In this document: one piece after another, positions 59,257-64,000 of the stretch | Layout: the number at the start of each line of letters is the position of its first letter | How positions within the stretch are numbered: the stretch's first letter is position 1 | Source: a bacterium | Lineage (GTDB): Bacteria; UBA8248 | Assembly: GCA_965203325.1 (NCBI GenBank) | Contig: OZ241875.1 | Span: 4,224,001-4,288,000, forward strand | Reading direction: 5' to 3' | Length of the DNA stretch: 64,000 nt | The notes under the pieces: model-generated | The model's database searches: none | Told to the model about the DNA's origin: nothing | What the model saw: only the letters and a program-made list of their open reading frames with translations | Program-made: the position numbers and the translations under genes

Positions 59257-60036
59257 TTGGCGAAGGAAGACAGGGTAGTCGGCTCTGCCGATGAGATGGC
59301 CAAGACGAGTTGGGAGCGGGTGAACGACAAGGTTCACGTGTGGCCCTACCTCACGCGCCTGGAGTTCATGTGCGCGATCATCATCACCATATTTTTGGTG
59401 GTGTGGTCCATCGTTATCGACGCGCCGCTCGAAGAGCCCGCGAACCCTTCCGTCACGCCGAACCCTTCGAAGGCGCCGTGGTATTTCCTGGGCCTTCAGG
59501 AGTTGCTCGTCTATTTCGACCCGTGGATGGCGGGCGTCGTGCTGCCCACCCTCATCATCGTGGGCCTGATGGCCATCCCCTTCATCGACGTGAACCCCAA
59601 GGGGAACGGCTACTACACTTTCCACGAACGCAGATTCGCCATCTTCACCTTCCTGTTCGGGTTTCTGGTCCTGTGGGTGTGGATGGTGGTGCAGGGAACC
59701 TTCCTGCGCGGGCCGGGGTGGAACTTCTTCATGCCCTGGGAGTACTGGGACCCGCACAAGGTCGTGGCCCTGACGAACGTGGACCTGCCATACATGCTGG
59801 GCTTCAGGAGCTACTGGGGCCAGGCGGCGTGCGGCACAGTGCTAATCCTGCTCTGGTACGCCACCATACCGGCTTACTACATCTGGCGGCGCGAGCGCAT
59901 GAAGAACGTGGGCCTGGTGCGCTATCTCATCAAGGCGTCGCTCAACATGACGATGATGGGTATCGTGGCGAAAATGGTCCTGCGCATCGGGCTCAACGTC
60001 AAATACGTGCTCGTCACGCCCTGGTTCAACATCTAG
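59257..60036 (+). CDS. Cytochrome b subunit-IV-like C-terminal subunit
   Basis: APLEEPANP..PNPSKAPWYFLGLQE. Confidence 0.88.
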   Translation: MAKEDRVVGSADEMAKTSWERVNDKVHVWPYLTRLEFMCAIIITIFLVVWSIVIDAPLEEPANPSVTPNPSKAPWYFLGLQELLVYFDPWMAGVVLPTLIIVGLMAIPFIDVNPKGNGYYTFHERRFAIFTFLFGFLVLWVWMVVQGTFLRGPGWNFFMPWEYWDPHKVVALTNVDLPYMLGFRSYWGQAACGTVLILLWYATIPAYYIWRRERMKNVGLVRYLIKASLNMTMMGIVAKMVLRIGLNVKYVLVTPWFNI

Positions 60037-60060
60037 GTTTTCTCAACCCGAGCGGAGAAG

Positions 60061-60168
60061 ATGGTTCAGGACAGACAGCGTAAACATCTCTGGTGGGACG
60101 CCTGTGGCGTGAAGGTGGCCGCGGTGGCCCTGCTCGTCGTCTCGGGCGTGATTTATTTTTTGGCGTAG
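60061..60168 (+). CDS. 35-aa single-TM microprotein at the end of the bc operon
   Basis: GGAG RBS; MVQDRQRKHLWWDACGVKVAAVALLVVSGVIYFLA. Confidence 0.45.
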   Translation: MVQDRQRKHLWWDACGVKVAAVALLVVSGVIYFLA

Positions 60169-60218
60169 GGGATACTTGAAGCCGCAGAAATCGCCTGATA
60201 CTTCAAAGAATAATTGTT

Positions 60219-60250
60219 GAGCCGCTTCCTCATGGAGGCGGCTTTTTTTG
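60219..60250 (+). terminator. Rho-independent terminator
   Basis: AGCCGCTTCC..GGAGGCGGCT stem with T-run. Confidence 0.75.
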
Positions 60251-60395
60251 TTCGAATGTCTCGTTTTTGTAGGGACAACCCCCGGTGGTTGTCCTTTATC
60301 GGATGGCGCAACGGCTGGACAGGCACGGGGGCCTGTCCCTACGTGTTTATCGCGCGTTTTCTCTTTTGGCGCATTCTTTTACTGGAACAGGAGAA

Positions 60396-60908
60396 TCACT
60401 CCGCACCGGGCCAGGCCATGTCGTGGGCGTGGAGTATCTCGCGGAGTTTCGCGACGTTGATGAGCTCCATGGGAGCGCCTTCGGAGTATTTCTGCACCTC
60501 TTCGGTGAAATATCCCGTCGAGATCAGGATTCCCTTCAAGGCCCTTTCGGCGCGCACGGTGTCGGAGAGGCCGATGACCCGTATCGAGTTCACAAAGTCG
60601 CCCTCGGGCACGAGAATGCCGTGGATGATGTAGTCGCCCCCGAGAATGGGTGCGGGGTTGTGCGCGAGGATGTCGATTTCCTCCTCGTTCACCCAGTGAA
60701 TCTCGACGATGCGCATGTTCATGCTTTCGAGCAAGTCCACGAGCATGCGCTCGAACGCCTGGGGAGACATCTGACGCAGGGATTCGATTTCAGAATCGTT
60801 CCTGGTCTGTTCGGCATCCGCTTCGAGCGCGATGTTCGAGGTCGTTCGCTTGACGAACAGTATGGTGATGAATCCCAGGATGAGCGCGACGAAGATGAGT
60901 TCTAACAT
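60396..60908 (-). CDS. Membrane-anchored Mrr-like (restriction endonuclease fold) protein
   Basis: N-terminal TM; MSPQAFERMLVDLL, IDILA, GILISTGYFT, MELIN. Confidence 0.75.
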   Translation of the reverse strand: MLELIFVALILGFITILFVKRTTSNIALEADAEQTRNDSEIESLRQMSPQAFERMLVDLLESMNMRIVEIHWVNEEEIDILAHNPAPILGGDYIIHGILVPEGDFVNSIRVIGLSDTVRAERALKGILISTGYFTEEVQKYSEGAPMELINVAKLREILHAHDMAWPGAE

Positions 60909-61032
60909 GCCGGAATCCAGAGGACAGTTAAGAGAAAGGGCGTCGCGATAGAGGTAAACATCCGGAATTCAAGGGTCCGTACACGGTAGTTGGTGAAGCT
61001 GAGTGATGAGTTCGAGTGAATGAGCAAAGCGC

Positions 61033-61200
61033 TTATCGAATCATCTCGTCGTAGACGTCGTCTTTTTTCCCCTTTTTGATGAGCCTGTCGTGTCTGAGGC
61101 CTTGTGAGATGGCCAGCCAGACGAAGAACGCCACAAGGGGAATCATGAATGCGATGGGGATGTTGTCGGGTTTCGTCAGAATGAGCAGGAAATTTTCCAT
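61033..61200 (-). CDS. Small membrane protein (KPDNIP motif)
   Basis: MENFLLILTKPDNIPIAFMIPLVAFFVWLAISQGLRHDRLI. Confidence 0.6.
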   Translation of the reverse strand: MENFLLILTKPDNIPIAFMIPLVAFFVWLAISQGLRHDRLIKKGKKDDVYDEMIR

Positions 61201-61443
61201 CTCGAATCCTTTTCGGTCGAATTGGCGGTAAATGAGCAACGCCGGTATTCTGACGCAAATCCGGGCCGAGGGCAAGAGAATCAGGGGTTTCGCTCCCGCA
61301 TATCAGCTGTTTCACCAGCGATACGCCTTGACAACCGGCGCGCGGAATGGATATATCTTTGATATCGAGAGTATGTCGCCGGAGTTATTGCGTGGAGCCG
61401 GCGCGTCGCCCTTTGTGATTCAAGTCATTCAAGAGGCGCTGAT

Positions 61444-61923
61444 ATGCCGCATTTCATCTTCGACGCTTGCATCGGGTGTTCCGTGTGCGAACCCGTCTGC
61501 CCCACGAAGGCCATCACGGGCGAGCCGCGCGAGATCTACAAGATCGACCCCACGCTCTGCATCGACTGCGGCGTGTGCGGCAAGTACTGTCCGGCCTTCG
61601 CCATACAGGACGATACGGGCGACATCATCAAGAACATCAAGCACAAGGAGATGCCCAAGGCGTTCGTGCTCGAAGAAAACTGCACGGGCTGCATCTGGTG
61701 CGTGGACGTGTGTCCGTTCGACTGCATTCGCATGGCGCCCTCCTCCGTGGAGCGCGACCACAGCGCGGTGGCCGTGGTGGATCAGTCCACGTGCGTCGGC
61801 TGCCGTCTGTGCGAGGAGATTTGCAACAAGGGGGCGATCATCGTGCCCAAGCACGAGGACGAATCCGAATACATGACGCCGTTCATGCACGAGTTCGTCA
61901 CCTCGCCGCTTCGCGCGTATTAA
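61444..61923 (+). CDS. Polyferredoxin-type 4Fe-4S protein (four CxxCxxCxxxC motifs)
   Basis: CIGCSVCEPVCP, CIDCGVCGKYCP, CTGCIWCVDVCP, CVGCRLCEEIC. Confidence 0.92.
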   Translation: MPHFIFDACIGCSVCEPVCPTKAITGEPREIYKIDPTLCIDCGVCGKYCPAFAIQDDTGDIIKNIKHKEMPKAFVLEENCTGCIWCVDVCPFDCIRMAPSSVERDHSAVAVVDQSTCVGCRLCEEICNKGAIIVPKHEDESEYMTPFMHEFVTSPLRAY

Positions 61924-61942
61924 GACGAGGCGTATCACACCA

Positions 61943-61973
61943 GGGCTCCCCCGGAATCGGGGGAGCTTTTTTA
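61943..61973 (+). terminator. Rho-independent terminator
   Basis: GCTCCCCCG..CGGGGGAGC stem with T-run. Confidence 0.8.
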
Positions 61974-62146
61974 TTGAGCGAACTCCTTGACGCTGTGTGG
62001 GTGCTCAGGTAGCGTTTTCCTGGATAGTGGCTCTATATTCATCGAAAGAGCCTGATTTTGCTCTTTTTCGCCATCAGGCCGAGCAAGTCGAAAGAGGAGG
62101 AAATTCGTTGCCTCCAGTTTTGACGTCACGCCCGCCCGCCCGGATC

Positions 62147-64000
62147 ATGGACATCGTCGATCTGGTCGAGGAATACTCGCCGGACTGCTCGGACTTGCTC
62201 ACCAAGGCCTATATCTACACGGCGAAGGTTCATAAGGGGCAATCGCGTATTTCCGGCGAGCCCTACATATCCCATCCGTTGGAGGTGGCCCGGCTTCTGG
62301 CGGAGTTGCGCCAGGACCCCGAAACCGTATGCGCGGGGCTTTTGCACGACACCGTGGAGGACACCGCCACCACGCTCGGGGAAATTGACGAGCATTTCGG
62401 AAAGGACGTCGCCGAACTCGTGGACGGCGTCACGAAACTCGCGAAAATCGACGTTTCGAACACGCAGGTCCGCCAGGCGGAAAGCTACCGCAAGATGCTG
62501 ATCGCCATGGCGAAGGATATTCGCGTCATCATCATCAAACTCGCCGACAGGCTCCACAACGCGCTGACGCTCCACCATCTCCCCCAGAAAAGCAGAGAGC
62601 GCATTGCGCGTGAGACGGCGGAAATATACGCCCCGCTCGCCAACCGCATCGGCATCGGGTGGCTCAAGGGAGCGCTCGAGGACGTGGCGTTCAAGCACCT
62701 GCATCCCAAGGAATTCCTGGAGATCGACGAGATGCTCCGCGACGGCCTCGAAGACCGCGAAGCGTATATGGAACTCGTCATGGAGCGATTGAGGGAGATT
62801 CTAGAGATGGAGGGCATCGAAGGCGATGCCTCCGCCAGATTCAAGCTCCACTCCAGCATCTACGAGAAGATGCAGACGCAAAACCTCGATTTCCACCAGG
62901 TGTACGACATTTGCGGCGTGAGAATCATCGTGGATTCCATGAAGGATTGTTATGCCGTATTGGGAATCCTGCATTCCACGTGGACGCCCATTCCCGGACG
63001 CTTCAAGGATTACATCGCCCTTCCCAAGGCGAATCTGTATCAATCCCTCCACACCACCATCGTGGGGCCGGAGGGCCAGCGGGTGGAGTTCCAGATCCGC
63101 ACGAAGGAGATGCACCGGGTGGCGGAGGAGGGCATCGCCGCTCACTGGAAGTACAAGGAGGGCGATGAGACCGACGACGGCATGGCCGACAAGTTCGAGT
63201 GGATCCGGAGAATCGTGGAAAGCCTGAACGAGGAGTCCGACCCCAGGAACCTGGTCGACTCCGTCAAGGTGAACCTGTTCCAGGACGAGGTGTTCGTCTT
63301 TACGCCCCGGGGCGAGGTGAAGAGCCTGCCGCGCGGGGCGACGCCGGTGGATTTCGCTTTTTCCATCCACACCGAGGTGGGGAGCCGTTGCGTGGGCGCC
63401 AAGGTCAACGGAAAAATTACGCCGCTCAGCACGCTGCTCGAGAACGGCGACATCGTCGAGATCATCACGAATCCGCACCGCAGGCCAAGTGCGGACTGGT
63501 TGAAGTTCGTCGTCACCGCCCGGGCGAAGCAGAAAATCAGAAACTGGATAAGACAGGAGCAGAAAGAGCGCTCCCTCACGCTCGGCCAGGAGTTGCTCGA
63601 AAATGAGCTGGAGCGGTGCGTGGAGAAGAAGGAAGTCGCGGGGTACATGAAGCCGAAGGAATTGAAAGGGGTGGCGCGGTCCTTCGGGGCGCAAAGCGAT
63701 CAGGATTTGTTGATTTCCATAGGTTTCGGGCGCGTATCCGCGCGGCAGGTGGTGCACAAGCTGTTGCCCGAGCAACTCGTGCGCGAGCGGGAGAAGCGGG
63801 AGAACTCCCGTCTCAGGCGTCTCGTGAGCCGCGTGAGCCGCCACAAGAACAAATCGGGCATCCTCGTCAAGGGCCAGGACGACGTTTTGATTCGTTACGG
63901 GAAATGCTGCCAGCCGATCCCGGGCGACGGGATCGTGGGCTTCATCACGCGCGGACGCGGCGTGACGGTGCACAACGAGAGTTGTCCCAACATCAAGGCG
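62147..64000 (+). CDS. spoT: Bifunctional (p)ppGpp synthetase/hydrolase RelA/SpoT (3'-partial)
   Basis: HKGQSRISGEPYISHP, LLHDTVEDT, KLADRLHN, YQSLHTT, GIAAHWKYK, TGS domain; runs off the window. Confidence 0.93.
   Translation, partial: MDIVDLVEEYSPDCSDLLTKAYIYTAKVHKGQSRISGEPYISHPLEVARLLAELRQDPETVCAGLLHDTVEDTATTLGEIDEHFGKDVAELVDGVTKLAKIDVSNTQVRQAESYRKMLIAMAKDIRVIIIKLADRLHNALTLHHLPQKSRERIARETAEIYAPLANRIGIGWLKGALEDVAFKHLHPKEFLEIDEMLRDGLEDREAYMELVMERLREILEMEGIEGDASARFKLHSSIYEKMQTQNLDFHQVYDICGVRIIVDSMKDCYAVLGILHSTWTPIPGRFKDYIALPKANLYQSLHTTIVGPEGQRVEFQIRTKEMHRVAEEGIAAHWKYKEGDETDDGMADKFEWIRRIVESLNEESDPRNLVDSVKVNLFQDEVFVFTPRGEVKSLPRGATPVDFAFSIHTEVGSRCVGAKVNGKITPLSTLLENGDIVEIITNPHRRPSADWLKFVVTARAKQKIRNWIRQEQKERSLTLGQELLENELERCVEKKEVAGYMKPKELKGVARSFGAQSDQDLLISIGFGRVSARQVVHKLLPEQLVREREKRENSRLRRLVSRVSRHKNKSGILVKGQDDVLIRYGKCCQPIPGDGIVGFITRGRGVTVHNESCPNIKA

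Overview
GC-rich bacterial chromosome window. Host genes flank it: an EamA transporter on the left; on the right a cfa-type lipid cluster, YheT hydrolase, ddl, a Rieske/split cytochrome b6-type bc operon, a ferredoxin and relA/spoT. About 0.8-50.1 kb is an accessory hotspot. Most of it looks like one integrative mobilizable element (candidate ends 3677-48133) with tandem tyrosine integrases, an excisionase-like gene, a MOBF relaxase, a TraD-type coupling protein, an oriT whose nic core matches F plasmid, a leading region (ssb, DUF4326, DUF2493, a long ssDNA-promoter-like hairpin) and no mating-pair genes. Cargo: (i) a complete compact type II-C CRISPR-Cas9 locus (988-aa Cas9, cas1, cas2, tracrRNA, 39 repeats/38 spacers); (ii) a two-gene adhesin/autotransporter pair in which one cadherin-like domain appears split between the two proteins, behind a possible invertible promoter; (iii) an unassigned lower-GC cluster (wHTH protein, AAA+ ATPase, PD-(D/E)xK nuclease, SF2 helicase-nuclease) that is a candidate new defence system; (iv) TA modules, a DUF5677 pair and decayed RM/integrase remnants. 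All family calls come from motif recognition by eye; no searches were run.
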